Positions 27,888 through 44,472 of a DNA stretch of 64,000 nucleotides are shown piece after piece; the stretch's first letter is position 1; the number at the start of each line of letters is the position of its first letter. Where the stretch lies: the NCBI RefSeq assembly GCF_009914755.1, contig NC_060944.1. One strand, given 5' to 3'. The stretch is from the human T2T-CHM13v2.0 reference genome, Homo sapiens. The notes beneath the pieces were generated by a model. It did not search any database. It was not told the DNA's origin and worked only from the letters and a program-made list of their open reading frames with translations. Position numbers and translations under genes: made by a program.

Positions 27888-29008
27888 AAGATTTCCTCTG
27901 TTTTCCTCAGTAGAAATGCCCCTTCTTCACCATCAGTCCCTGTATTTCAGGTTGAACTATCCTCTTCTCTAAAATTCAGACTGGGCACATGACCCAGCCT
28001 GGTCAACCAGAGATGCCCATGCGATGGGTTCAGTGACAGTCATGTGACCTAATCCAGGCCAGTGAGATTCAACTTTTAGAACTTTTGCTAGAACTACCGG
28101 TAAAGGGGTCTCTCCTCCCACTGGGGTTGCTAGGTCAGGGGCTGCTGCTGGCTGTCATCTTCCCTCCCTTCAGGGAGAGCCTGCCCTGTGAGAGAAGCCA
28201 CAAGACAGTAAAACAAGAAAAGGCAGGAGACTGACAGCATCAGTGAGCCCCTGGAGCCCACTATCCCTGAAGCCAGCCCCACCCAGGACTGTTCAGTTTA
28301 AGCCATTGTGTACGGAGTTTCCAGTCAGTTACAACAAAAGTCCTGCAGAAGCGTGGTTCAATTCCTTCATCTTGAAGATAGAGAAATTGACACCCAAAGA
28401 GAAACTGCTGGGCCCAAAGTCTTACAGTGAATCAGGGATTAGACTGGGCTCCTCGCTCCCAGAGTCCTGGGAACTCCTCACCACCCCACGTCGTGCTTCT
28501 CTCCATCTCTGTTGTTTTCTTCCTTCTCTCCTCTCCTTCACTGTGTTTCTCCTCATTTAAAAAATTGTATTCTTTCTTTTACTTCGAGTTTTATCTTTAT
28601 TCCCTCCCCATTGGTAAACCATTACTCTAAATATAACAGGTTAGTCCCAACTCATGTGAAAAGATCGTATGGGAAGATTAACAGATTTGAGCTCATCTTA
28701 CATATGATGCAACAACTAATAAGAGTTAGCATGAATGACACAGCTATCTGATGTCCAAGCTTTGCTGATTAGCTCTCGTCTTCTAATCGCCCTGAAATTG
28801 GATGCAGTATCTCCCATTTCACAGATGAAGATCTGGAGGCCCAGGGGTCAAAGGACTTGGCCAAGAAGCATGACTAACAAACGACAAAGCCAGCATTCAA
28901 GCCTGGATGACCCAATTCTGATCCCCTATTTCACCCAGCCAGTTGCCCCTGTAAAGCCAGCCTGAGATTTTTATTTCCAGAGCTCACATGATAACAAACC
29001 ACTGAGTT

Positions 29009-29198
29009 GAGTTGCCAGATTTGGCAAATAAAAAATATAGGCTATCCAGTTAAATCTGAATTTTAGATAAACAATGACTAATTTTTTTAGAATAAATATG
29101 TCCCAAATTGCAAGGGACATACTTACACTAACAATGAGCCTTTGTTTATCTAAAATGCAAACTTAACCTTTCACGGTGTATTCTGTTTGGCAATTCTA
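29009..29198. mobile_element. MER53 palindromic MITE
   Basis: GAGTTGCCAGATTTGGCAAATAAAAA...TATGTCCCAAATTGCAAGGGACATA...TTTGGCAATTCT. Confidence 0.8.
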
Positions 29199-29229
29199 CA
29201 CTAAGGGGCTTTTACGCATAAAGCAAGAA

Positions 29230-29590
29230 GCATCAGCTGTGTCCTTGGTTCTGCAAAAAGCCTCAGGGCCTTTGCACTTGCTGTGCCATTTGCCTGGAAG
29301 GCTCATACTGATATTCACCTCCTTCACCTCCTCTGGGTCTCTGCTCAAATATTTCACCATTAAAGCTTTCCCTTGCCCGTCTATCAGAAGCAACCCATGT
29401 TTCTTTTCCTCTTAACACCACCACCTGAAATACAATAGTTACATGTTTATTTGTTCATTGTCTCTCTCCTGCCATGGAAATGTGGGCATGTGTTTTGGTC
29501 TGATTTGTTCACTACCGTGAATAGAGCCCAGAGCGGTGTGCCGTATGTAGTTGATACTCAATGAATCTTTGCTGAATGAGTGAATGAACT
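29230..29590 (+). mobile_element. L2 3' fragment
   Basis: CTCAGGGCCTTTGCACTTGCTG...ACTCAATGAATCTTTGCTGAATGAGTGAATGAA. Confidence 0.6.
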
Positions 29591-30158
29591 CTCTGTGAGC
29601 ACATCTTGGTTTCTGTCTGGAATACTGCCTGACTTGAGATTGTCACTCACCTGCTGAGTGGCAGTGGGCATGCCCCTGAGCTCCCCACTCCTTGAGCTGG
29701 ACTCATCACACATCTCAGAGTCACTGGGAGATCAGGTGACGAAACAGCCTTGAGAGTCAGATGCAAACTTGCCGGAGCACGTATGCAAGCATTCCAGTGT
29801 GCTTTTCTCTTCTCTTCTCCTTCAAGCACTCGTGCCCCAGACAACTGAGCCTCGGAATACAAACCCTAAAAAACAATTTTTTCCAGTGTTCAGAGCATAT
29901 GCAAGCTCCTCCTACCCCTGGCATCACTGCAGACAGTGGCATCAAGCACTTCCAAGTCGGAGGGAAGGACAGCACACCAACAGACATCAGTACCAACGAC
30001 GGCTAATAGTCTAGACGTCTGGTCCAGTTATCTGCATCACCTCCTTTCATCCTCACAACTCTTTTGAAATAGATATTTTTGTGCCCATTTTACAGATGAG
30101 GAAATTGAGGCTCAGATTAATCAGTTCTACTGCCAGAAAGCAATGGAACCATGTTTTA

Positions 30159-30537
<379 letters not shown>

Positions 30538-32537
30538 ACTAAATGTGCTGCCTTGTTGGGATGTCGTGGGGTTAAAATGAGACATTGTGTGTGAAGTATT
30601 TGCATGGGTCCAGGCAGGCTGCACACACAGGTGGCCACCACAGGCAACCTTGCCCTCCCCCCAGCCAGAAATAATCAGGATAGAGGATGTCATGTGAAGG
30701 CCATTTTCCAAGCTGCCCAGAGTGACTGATGACCTAGCTTGAGGCAAGACAACTATCCAGAGTTATCAGATTCACTTCCTTGGGTATTTGAAATAGGAAA
30801 TCCAGAGAAAACGAGGTTACAGGAATGAGGCCAGGTCAAGAGGTAGAAAGTGTGGCCATGATGGGTGGTGAGCAAGCTGGCCTTATAAAGGAGCTCAGGC
30901 CACTGGGGTCCAGTAGTGTATGTTGTACACTGTGCACTCTGGGATCAACATTCCTATTCTTGCCTTTGAGAACGGTGACCTCTGGAGTTGTGCAGTACAC
31001 ACTCTCAGCAACTGTACCCAGCAGCTCTGAAATTTTATTCATTCATTGATTCATTCACATATATATTAATTTATTCCCACCATGTGACAGTCTCTTTCAG
31101 ACCATGAGACGGCAGCAGTGAAAAGATATTCAAGACTTTTCACACAGGTATTTTAGTTAGGGGAGATGGACGAGAAGCAGGAGTGACTGACAAGTGCATG
31201 GAGAAAAAGAAAGCCCAGCGAGAGGCTGAGAGCAGAGGGTGGGAAGGCCTCTCTGAGGAGGGGAGGTCTCCAAAGCCAGGCCTAGGAGGAGCAGGGGGAG
31301 GGGACTGTGGGTAGAGGCAACGGTGGGTGCAAAGGCCCTGTGGTGACCCACAAGAGCATCTGGGATGCTTGGCTCCAGAAGCCCCTCCTAACTCCGGCTT
31401 TTCCTGGAGTCGATGTTTCCCTGTGCCCAGGTCCCCAGACACAAGTGTCTTTATGATCCCACCACATTCCTTGGGGTGGCTCGAGTCAGTGCCTCTCACA
31501 GCCCAAAGAACTCTGACCCAACTTCCAGCTGGGGCCCCTGTCCCCGAACAGAGTCTCCAGACATGGGCATTGCTGGCCCTGGTCTGTTCTCCTCTTCCAA
31601 GTCTCAGTGACCCTCCTCAGCCAGACTTCTGCCCCACCCATCTCTGCTTCCAACAAGCTCCCAGTGAGCTGCCTGCATCTGCAAAGCCGGGAAACATGAT
31701 GTTCCCAGACATCAAAGAGTTTGCAAAAGATTGTGGTCACCTTAGACCCAGACCATTTCCTGAGGCTGCTGTTTAGATACCAAGTCCAGGGTTTTTTCTT
31801 TAGGACTCCAGTGAAGGGTAGAAGCTGTCCTACACCTCAAGCCACCACCACCTCCCTTCTCTGGACCCCACCGTAATCCATGGCTCCTTACAACCTCCAC
31901 ATCTCTGGCACTGGAGCCCTGATTTTGTTTTTATGGGGTAATATTCTTTCATCCCCAAATGCCATGTAGGAATTTGCTGGCGGGGTGGGGTGGGAACCAG
32001 AGAAACAAAAGGATGATTTACAGGGGTTCAAAAGCCTCATTATAACCAGAAAATTCAATTTACAGACATTTGGTTCTTTTATTTCCATTTTTTTAAGGAG
32101 AGAAAAGAAATCAATCTAGTGTGGGCATTTTGAGTCCCTTGCTTAGAGGTTCAAGGCATCTGTGACTTCAGAAAGCCTTCTTGGCATGAAGCAATAAACA
32201 GGCTGAGCAGATAAAACCACCCTGTGTTTAAAAAGCAGGCCTGTCTCCGAGGCAGAATTTTTATAGATAAAACAACAGAACGTGACTCAAAAAAGTCGTG
32301 TTGTGAAAATGGCCCCATGTAGACACAAAATTCTTTACTCAGGAGCTAAGTTCTACAGCAGCACAGGAAGGTTTCATCTAGATAATTCTCTACGTCTGGC
32401 TTCAAGGAGCCACTCCAAAGCCCCGTTTTCCAGACGAGTTTCGTGTTGCAAATATCACCTCCATGCCTTCAATGTTTCACTGCATGGAGGACCCTCTCTC
32501 TTTCTCCGGTTCACCAAAATGTTTGCACATGTTGTGA

Positions 32538-32902
<365 letters not shown>

Positions 32903-33487
32903 CATTCTCTGTCTTTAATTAGGGAGGAGAGGGTAGAGTGTTTCACAAGCTGTTATATTAAGTCAGAGATCTATCATGTGCAAGTGTCAGAAACCCAACT
33001 CAAAACGGCTCAATGCCCAACTCAGAGTGGTTTCCCTAAGGGGGAAGTCCTATCAACGCTGTGCCCAGGGGCTCATGGAGTGACCTCTGTCTCTGGGGCT
33101 CCATTTCTTTCTGTCTCCATCTTTCAACTCGGCATCTATCTGAATGCTGGCTTCATTATTTCCTACCACAGAGAGGTTTCCTCTGCATTGCCATATGTCA
33201 AGGCCAGCAAGCGACCCTGGGAAGAGAGAGAGAGAGCCTCTTGCTCCCAGGAGAGAATGTCCAGGTCTTGGCTTACCTTGCGCACCAGTAATGGCAAACG
33301 GGGAAGGGAGCACCTGGATTTCCCAGCCTTGTCTGCTCACCTCTGAGTCAGGGTGGAGGTCAGGGCACTGGGTCAGCCCCACCAGAGACCCATATGGTAG
33401 GGCAGGCACCATTTCCCCAAAGCAGGGGGACGCCATCACCTGAATCCAGGAAGGGGCACTGGGTCAGTAAAAAGGAAACCAAATTTT

Positions 33488-33853
<366 letters not shown>

Positions 33854-34493
33854 ATTTGATCAAAAACCCCCCTTGATGGCCAAGCACCCAGCTGAACTGG
33901 GGTTCTGTAGACAGAGGCCCTGGGGAGCAGATGCTTACCCCGGACAACGACCTCTCCAGCTCTGAATTTCTGTGCTGGCATGGGTTTGCAGGTCATTAGC
34001 ACTGGGTGCCACATGCCCGTTGGTTTGTGAGCTCCTAGAGGACATGCCGCATATGCTGTTTTGTACTTTCTGTGTCTAACACGGGACTCTGCATACAGTC
34101 AGTGTTCAATGAACACTTGATCAATAGAGGAGTTCACAGATCCCCTGCTCTTTTTCAGCTGCGGCCCTAACTCAGTCCAGTGTGGTTCCTGACTTCTCAT
34201 CCACCTCCGTCATGAGACCATCTGCCACAGGCTCCTGCCTCCTGGTTCAACACCTGGCAGGTAGCGGGGACTCGACACAGCTGCTCAATCAGGGAGCAGC
34301 CCTCGCTTGCCGCTGGGTTTTGTTTGTGTGTTGGTTTTTGTGCCCGTCTTTGTTCCTACTTTGAATTTAAACTCCTTTTGTCTGCTTTTTGAATAGATTC
34401 TTCTAGGGGTTCATTCTATCCTCTTGCATTAATTATTTAGTGAGTATTACCATGTGCCAGACCTTATTCTGAGTGTGGTGCGTACAGGAGTGA

Positions 34494-34991
<498 letters not shown>

Positions 34992-35125
34992 TAGGTCTCT
35001 GTTTTCTCATTTGTAAAATGGGCTGAATTATTTCTCTCATCTATCTCCCTCAGATTGCTGGGAAGAACCAATGAGATAATCCATGGAAAGTGCCTAACAC
35101 AAAATCAACTTAAGAAATGACAACT

Positions 35126-35440
<315 letters not shown>

Positions 35441-35959
35441 GAAAGAAATGACTGGCAGCCAGTACCACTCTTCATGTTGGCCTCGCAGTTGATATTTCCT
35501 CAGGAGGGCACTTCTGAATTCCTCAAGGGAGAAAGAAAAACAGACTCCAGGAATATCCTGGTTGTTGGGCACAGGGAAAGCAACACTGCTGACGTCCATC
35601 TGATATAGAATTCTCAGAAATGCTGTGATACACCTGTTGGCCTGTAGCTTTCTGGCTGGTTCTTGTTTGCACTTGGGGGTCATCTTCAGGGCCTTGCAGG
35701 GACGTGTTTCCTAGAGTTGAGAATCCAGAACAGCAAAACGGGCTCCTGCGACTCCTCTGTTTCGACAAATTCATGACCCGAATGAAAGTGGCTCTGAGCT
35801 GCACTAGGCCCTGCACACAGACACTAACTGGCAGCTTTGAAAATGACCATTCTGGAAATCTGCATGAGGTTTCCAGAGGTCAAACTAAATAAGCTACTGA
35901 AACTAGTCATCTCTCGAAATTTCATCTTTGGTAATACAGCAAAAAAAAAAATTCAAAAA

Positions 35960-36765
<806 letters not shown>

Positions 36766-37385
36766 TGCTTTAGCTGTAAATTATCTGCTCCAAGGATCCA
36801 CCCAGAAATCCCTACTGAGGGTGAACTCCACAGTGTGGTTGAGTCCAGATTTGTTGCTCGGTCCAGATAGATTTTCAGCTGCTGCATCCAAACTGCAGCC
36901 AGGGGGACAATAAGAACAGAACCTCTTTTGTTCTGATGAAACTGTTTTTAATGGTCCCTTCTAGGCCGGGCCCTAGTGGAAGTCTCAACAAGGCTGCTCA
37001 TTGAAACGCCCTTGAAAGAGCCAAGTGGGGAGCGCGAGGGACCCTGGGGAGGGGCCGGCGGCCCTTTGCTCAGCCCTGGTGGTCCTGCCGCAAAGGAGAG
37101 CTGGGCTGTTTTATTTGTTGTCTGAGATGGAAAAGGGGGAGGGGGTCGTCGAGACGAGGACCGTCCCGCAAATTTCTATAATTACTGCCTGCAGAGTGTT
37201 AGGGACACACACACAGTAACATCAAACGTCATCCTGGAGGGTTAGGGGTTCCCAAAAGCTGAACACCCAGAAGCTGGTAGAGCAAATCCACTAAATGGAA
37301 CAACATGTGTTCCCCGGCCCAAGAACTCCAACTGCATTAAGGGAGGCACATTTCTGACCACTTTACTTTTCATCTTGAGGCCTCA

Positions 37386-37902
<517 letters not shown>

Positions 37903-37990
37903 TTATCCCTCAGAGGGAGTTTCCCCACTTTTGAGTGAGATTTTAAGTTTGCCTCTGAAGAACATGCTCTGGTTCCCCACAAAAGCAATC

Positions 37991-38206
37991 GGTGGTTCTC
38001 AGCAGGGGGCAATTGTGCCCCCACAGAGAACATGGAGCAGTGTCTAGGGACATTTTTGCTGTCACAACTGGGGAAAGGGGGTGCTACTGGCATTTAGTGG
38101 GTGAAGGTCAAGGATGTGGCTTAACACCCTCTGATGCACAGGATGGGCCCCCCAACAGTGGAGGATCTGGCCCAGAAGAGAATAGTGCTGAGGTCGAGAA
38201 ACCCTG
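37991..38206 (+). mobile_element. MER20
   Basis: GGTGGTTCTCAGCAGGGGGCAATTGTGCCCCC...GCTGAGGTCGAGAAACCCTG. Confidence 0.8.
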
Positions 38207-38875
38207 GGCTAGGAGGAGGTGACTCAGACCCCATTAAAGCACCCACCGCCGCTGAGATGGGAAGGACCCTCATTTGTTTGAGGTTCAGGAAGGATCAAAT
38301 TGCTGTCTGACTGGTGGAGGCACAATTTCTCCTTTCCAAGTGCATGAGAACAAGGGCGACTGGGGCTCTTTAAAGAAACAGGTTTTAGGGTTAGTCTTTA
38401 TTTGGCACTAACTCATCTTAAATTGTGTGGGGGAAATGGAATACAATTCAAGTTGTATTACTAATCAATCTTTGAGTAGAATAAATCACACCAAATGATA
38501 TTCTATTAAATCTGAAAGTAATTAAAAGCCATGCAAAATTCTGGACTTTCATCAAATTTTGCTCAGCTCAAACCTTCTACCCTGCCCCCAAACACACCTG
38601 CTTCCATCACCAGAGACTGTCTGGAGGTAGAACATGCTTAGTATTTGACATATTGGTTTGTTAATCACATCTCTTTGTCTCTAAGAAGTGATGAGAAGGG
38701 GCTGATATCACAGAACTTTGAGCAGAGAGGGAAGGGGTGAAGTTTAGGATCTGAGCCCCAAGGTTTGAGTCCCAGCTCTGCCAGCGGTGTGACCTTGGGC
38801 AACCTGCCCCCACCACCCCAAAACTTGGATTTTCTCATCTGTAAAGAGGGAGTAAAAATAGTTTCCTCCTCCTAG

Positions 38876-39240
<365 letters not shown>

Positions 39241-39252
39241 TAATAGATTTAA

Positions 39253-39596
<344 letters not shown>

Positions 39597-42500
39597 AGCT
39601 ATCTTTATAGTCCAACTTTGCCCCTCTGCAGGCCCCAGGAAGCCTGGAGTGATGGGGTCCATCCCCTTGCTGCGTGTTGGGGCACCCCGCTTCTTTGCAC
39701 CTACATAATTGTATGGGTCCCAATGACTTTTGTGGCTTGGAGTCTGCCTTCCCCTGGAGAATAGAAGCTCTGGAAGGGCAGAACAGGGCTGTCTCAGCAC
39801 CTGGCACAAAACTCAATAAATGCTTGTGTAATGAATGGCGAAGGGAATATTTGCCCCATATGAAGAGCCTGGCTTCCAGTCCTTGCTCTGCAACTTACTA
39901 GCTGTGGACTTGGGATAACAAAAATAATAGCCTTTTCTTTCCCACGCATCTAAGTCATCAGCAGGTCCTGCTGCTTCTACCTTCAAGGTAGAGTCTGACC
40001 CTACCCACTTCTGCCCTGGGTCCAGGCTACATCTGCCTGGACTGTGGCCCCGGAAGTCCATGCCACAGCCCACAATTGCCCCCCGCAACTTGCTGCCTGC
40101 CAGTATCACTTTGCCCCATTCCAGATGTTCCAGCTACGCTGCCTCTTCCTTCTGTATCACCACCCAGACCACCCTAGCAAAATCTCTCCCCCTGGGGTCA
40201 ACCATTGTCTGTAATACCTTTTATTTATCTGCCACATGTTGTCTTTCTCCATGGAAGAGTCTCTTTCTTCCTTATCACTGCATTTCTAATGCCTAGAACA
40301 GTACATGGTCCATTAAAAGAAAACTCCATAAGTATTTCCTGAACAAATGAATGTATTGATTTAATTAATTGATGGTTGACTAATTAATAGTGAAGGGCCC
40401 AGGCTCTGAAGCCAGACTACCTGGGTTCAAATCCTAGCTGCTTCACATTCTAGTAGAACGTCCTGAGGCATGAGATTTGGGCTGTTTGAGCCTCAGCTGC
40501 CTCATCTACAACATGGCGAAACAGCCACATCCATTTTTGGGGTTGCTACAAGGATTAAGCAGGTCCACACTACGTACCAACTTAGCCCCACACTGACATC
40601 TCAGAGATACTCAGTGACTGCATGGGGAACGCGTTACTGCCTCATAGTAGGACGACATTTGCCCATTTGAAAAGCACTCCTACGCTCTTTCCTTTTAAGC
40701 AATTCAGGTGGGACCTTATGGAATTGCTGATATCTGACCGTTTTAACCTACAAAAATGGCAGCTTCATTGGGGTTAAAAGATGTTTCCCCAGGCCACACG
40801 GCTGGGAAGCGCAGGAGCCACTCTTGAATTGGAACTCCTGCTCAGTGTGTTAACTGGGCCCCTTTGAGCCTTTAGAAGCTGGCATCTGACGCCAGGAGAA
40901 CTCCAGGTTCACTTTGTTCCTCCCTGGTGGCAGGAAGGAGGCAGCTGCCTAAACAGTGGTGCCAGGAGGGATGATGGCCACAGGGGCGTGCAAAGGCAGG
41001 GACCGCAGTGCAGCTGAGCAGGAGATGGAGTCTTGCGTGATAGGAAGAGATGCCCCTACCTAGCCTCTGAGCCCATTCCCTGAGCACATCACACAGCTCC
41101 CTTTCCTCTCTTTCTTTCCCCATTCCTTCCTTCCCTCCTTCCCTTTTTCCTTCTTTTTCTTTCTTCCTCCCTTTTCTTTTGCCCTTCTTAGCCTTTCTTT
41201 CTTCATTTTTTAATTAAACAATGACTGGATTCCTTTCCAGCAGTTTCACAAGGGGTGAAGTCACTTAGCAACCTTAATTATTTCCAACTTAATAACGTCC
41301 TGGGGTGGGGGACAGGTCGAGCCCCCAGCGGCCGGAATGCCTTGCTGGGTAAGCCGCTCAGAGGCGGGCTCTGGAGCAAATGAAGCGTCCGACCAAATAC
41401 TTCTCATATTTTCCCTCTCCCTGGTAAGGGCTTTTGTTTGGAGTGAACCTTTTTTTTTTTTTCTCCCCCTGATAAACATGAATGACTACAGTTGACTGCA
41501 ATTTTTTTCAGCTGGCTGTAGCTTCAAAGATTTGAGGGGTTTGAATTCCAGGCTTTAAATCACATGTTTTTCCCTTTTTGCTCTCAGACACACCTATAGT
41601 AGATAATAGAAATATGAATTTCATCTTCAACTAAAAGGAAAATAGGGAGATCTGTTGTTGGGAGTAGAGGAGTTATCAGCGGTCAGACTGGTGTGAACAG
41701 TGTGCAGTGGTGGAAACCCCATAGATCATCGCCACCCACTGAGTAATGACAAGGAGGCCAGCATGGTCCTGCCAGATCATCTCAGCCAACAGTTACCAAG
41801 CCCTGACAGTGGGCAGGCACTGGGCATAGCCCCTCATAGACACCGTGCCTCGGACCACCCTAGAGGGTAGGTGCCAAGATTACCACTGAAAAAGCTGCGG
41901 CACAGAGAGGTTAAGCAGCGTCCCCTGGGTCACACAGCTCCATCATGAAGCTGAACCCAAATGCATTTTTTCCTCCAAAGCCTGCTTGCCTCCCCCAAGA
42001 CCTCTCCTTCCTCACCAAGGAATAACACTCATGAGCAAGCAGCCATAAATCAAAACAAATAAAACATCTACTTTGAAGTGCTGCCGTGGCGCTTCGATGA
42101 GATAAAGGGCACGGAAGATTCTGGTTCTTGATTCCTGAAGAAACACTTGCCCATTTCCTGCCTCTCCCAGCTGGCAAGACATATTTGTAAATACCGAAGT
42201 CAAAGATTCAAACAGATTAGGGTTCAAATTGGGCACAAGTCACTTACTGGCCATGTGATCTGGGACGGGCCACTTAACTGTTTCTAAGCCTCAGTTTTCC
42301 TCATCTGGAAAATAGGGCTCATGGCAGCACCTACCTCATGGGGCTGTGGAGAGAATTAAGGGAGAAATAACAGTGAGTACTCGATAAATGTCATCTATAT
42401 TTTTAAAACAAAACAAAACAGTAATAAGCTGGCAGAACTACAGAGGATGGCGGAGACTGCAGAGCGCTTGCCAGATGGTGTCTTTGCTGAAAGAGGAATT

Positions 42501-44007
42501 TTCTGATCCAGCCTGAAGACAGCCCCAAGTGACTTTCCTCAGCATTTGCTCTGTGCCGGGCAATGTGCTACGTTCCTTCCAGGAACTGGCCCAAGAACAT
42601 TGCCACTGTGCTCTCACTTAACCCCTGCGACAGCCCTAGGAACAAAGTCTGGGTGTGAGCTCCGTTTTTCAGACTGGAAACTGAAGCTTGGAGAGAAGTC
42701 ACTTCTTCAAGGTCACACACGAGGGCGGGGCAGTGAGGATGTAAACCGAGGCCAGTCCAAAGCACGCCTCCCCACCTCCCGACCCAGCTGTCCATCACTC
42801 CAGGGTAGCCACTTCCTGCCATGTTATATTCATTAAAAGTTTAGAATCCACCTACTATGCGTCAGCCCCTGAGTGATCTAACACTATCATCGGACGGCAC
42901 AGGGGTGACGTGCCAAGCTGACACCTTTGCTGTTTAAAAGGGAAAGGAGAGCAAATGACCTAATAGGTAGCAGACTTTGGGAAACCCGCTGGGACTCCTT
43001 CATAGCTGCTCCCTTAGCAATATGGTTTGCAGCAGCGCTGTCATAGGAGAACACGGGTCTGGGTTCTTAAAAAAACCCACATCCCACAAAGCAGCGGGGC
43101 ATCCTCTGCATGGGGTGGGGGGTGCTCCCCACCCCCCACCCCATGCAGAGTAGAAGCAAATCCTGAATTCTTGCAGTTCCCCAAAAACGCTTGTCTGGTC
43201 AGATGTTCCAACCTCCTCAAGGGTGCCTGGAGACTGGGCAATTCTTTGTCATGTTAATGAATCATTTTAATAGAGTGTTTTAACAAAAACATTCATCACC
43301 TTTTGTGCAACAAGGATTTTCTTTTTTGTTCTACTTAAATGGTTAAGTAGGTAATAAACGCCTATCAGCTGCACCACCACAGCCTGGTAATCCCTCCAAA
43401 CCCTAAATCATAGGAGGATTATTATTGTCCTGATAAATTAACACTCAGAGAAAGCTGGTGGGCCAGGGTTTGGAGCTGTCTGTCCCACAGGAAAGAAAAG
43501 CTGGGTTTTCTTTGAGCCGAGTTCATCAGCTGACCAGCTGACTGCCCTCCAGCCTGGGCAACAGAGTGCAGTAGACCAGGGAGGCCCCACTCCCATCCAC
43601 TGGGCCCCTGCTGGCTGCAATGCCACCCTGGGGATGGGCGCTTCTCTCTCCCTGCAACTCCCCACTCTCTCCATCAGTTACAAAAGGCCCTACAAGGAAT
43701 CTGGCCCTTTGCTGAATCCTGGGGCAACCAAAAGAAGGAAACAGACGGTACCTTTGTCCTCAGGGAGTGACAGGCTCCTGAGGGAGCCTGGCAAGGCTGT
43801 CCAGGGCCCCAATGCAATCGCCACTGTGGTTGGCACCAGGAAGGAGCCGGGCAGAGGACTGGCTCCCTGGTTTAGGGAGGGGGCTTGGCAAAACTCCGTG
43901 AGGAGGAGACATTCATCTCAGAGGCTGGGGTGGCTCTGATCTCCTGCGGGGCCTGGCTGAGCCACACTTCCAGAACTGCCTTCCATGTGGGTTTCTGCTG
44001 CGAGGCT

Positions 44008-44472
44008 GTTTCCAGAGGCTGCTGTCACAAAGTTCTGAACGCTTGGATGGCTGAAAACCACGGAAATGTGTTCTCTCACAGTTCCAGAAGCCTGGAGGCC
44101 AAAATCAAGATGTCAGCAGGGTAGCACTCCCTCCAGACCTCTGGGGGAGGAGCCTTCCTGGCCCCTTCCAGCTTCTGGTAGCCCCAGGCGTCCTTGGCTG
44201 TGGCTGCATCACCCCAATCTCTGCCTCTATTTCCACCTGGCCATCTTCTCCCTGTGTGTCTTCCCGTCGTCTTCCCTCTCCAGGTCTGTGTCCACGTTTC
44301 CCTCTCCTTATTAGGACAGTTCTACTGGATCAGGAGCCCACCCTATTCTAAATGATCTCATTACCTCAATTAATTACACGTGCAATGACTCTAATTCCAA
44401 ATAACGTCACATTCTGAGATCCTGGGGCTTAGCATCTCAACATATCTTTTGGGGGATACCATGCAACCCACG
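44008..44472 (-). mobile_element. MLT1C/D-type MaLR LTR
   Basis: TTCTCTCACAGTTCCAGAAG...AAAATCAAGATGTCAGCAGGG...TCACATTCTGAG...GGGGGATACCATGCAACCCA. Confidence 0.75.
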
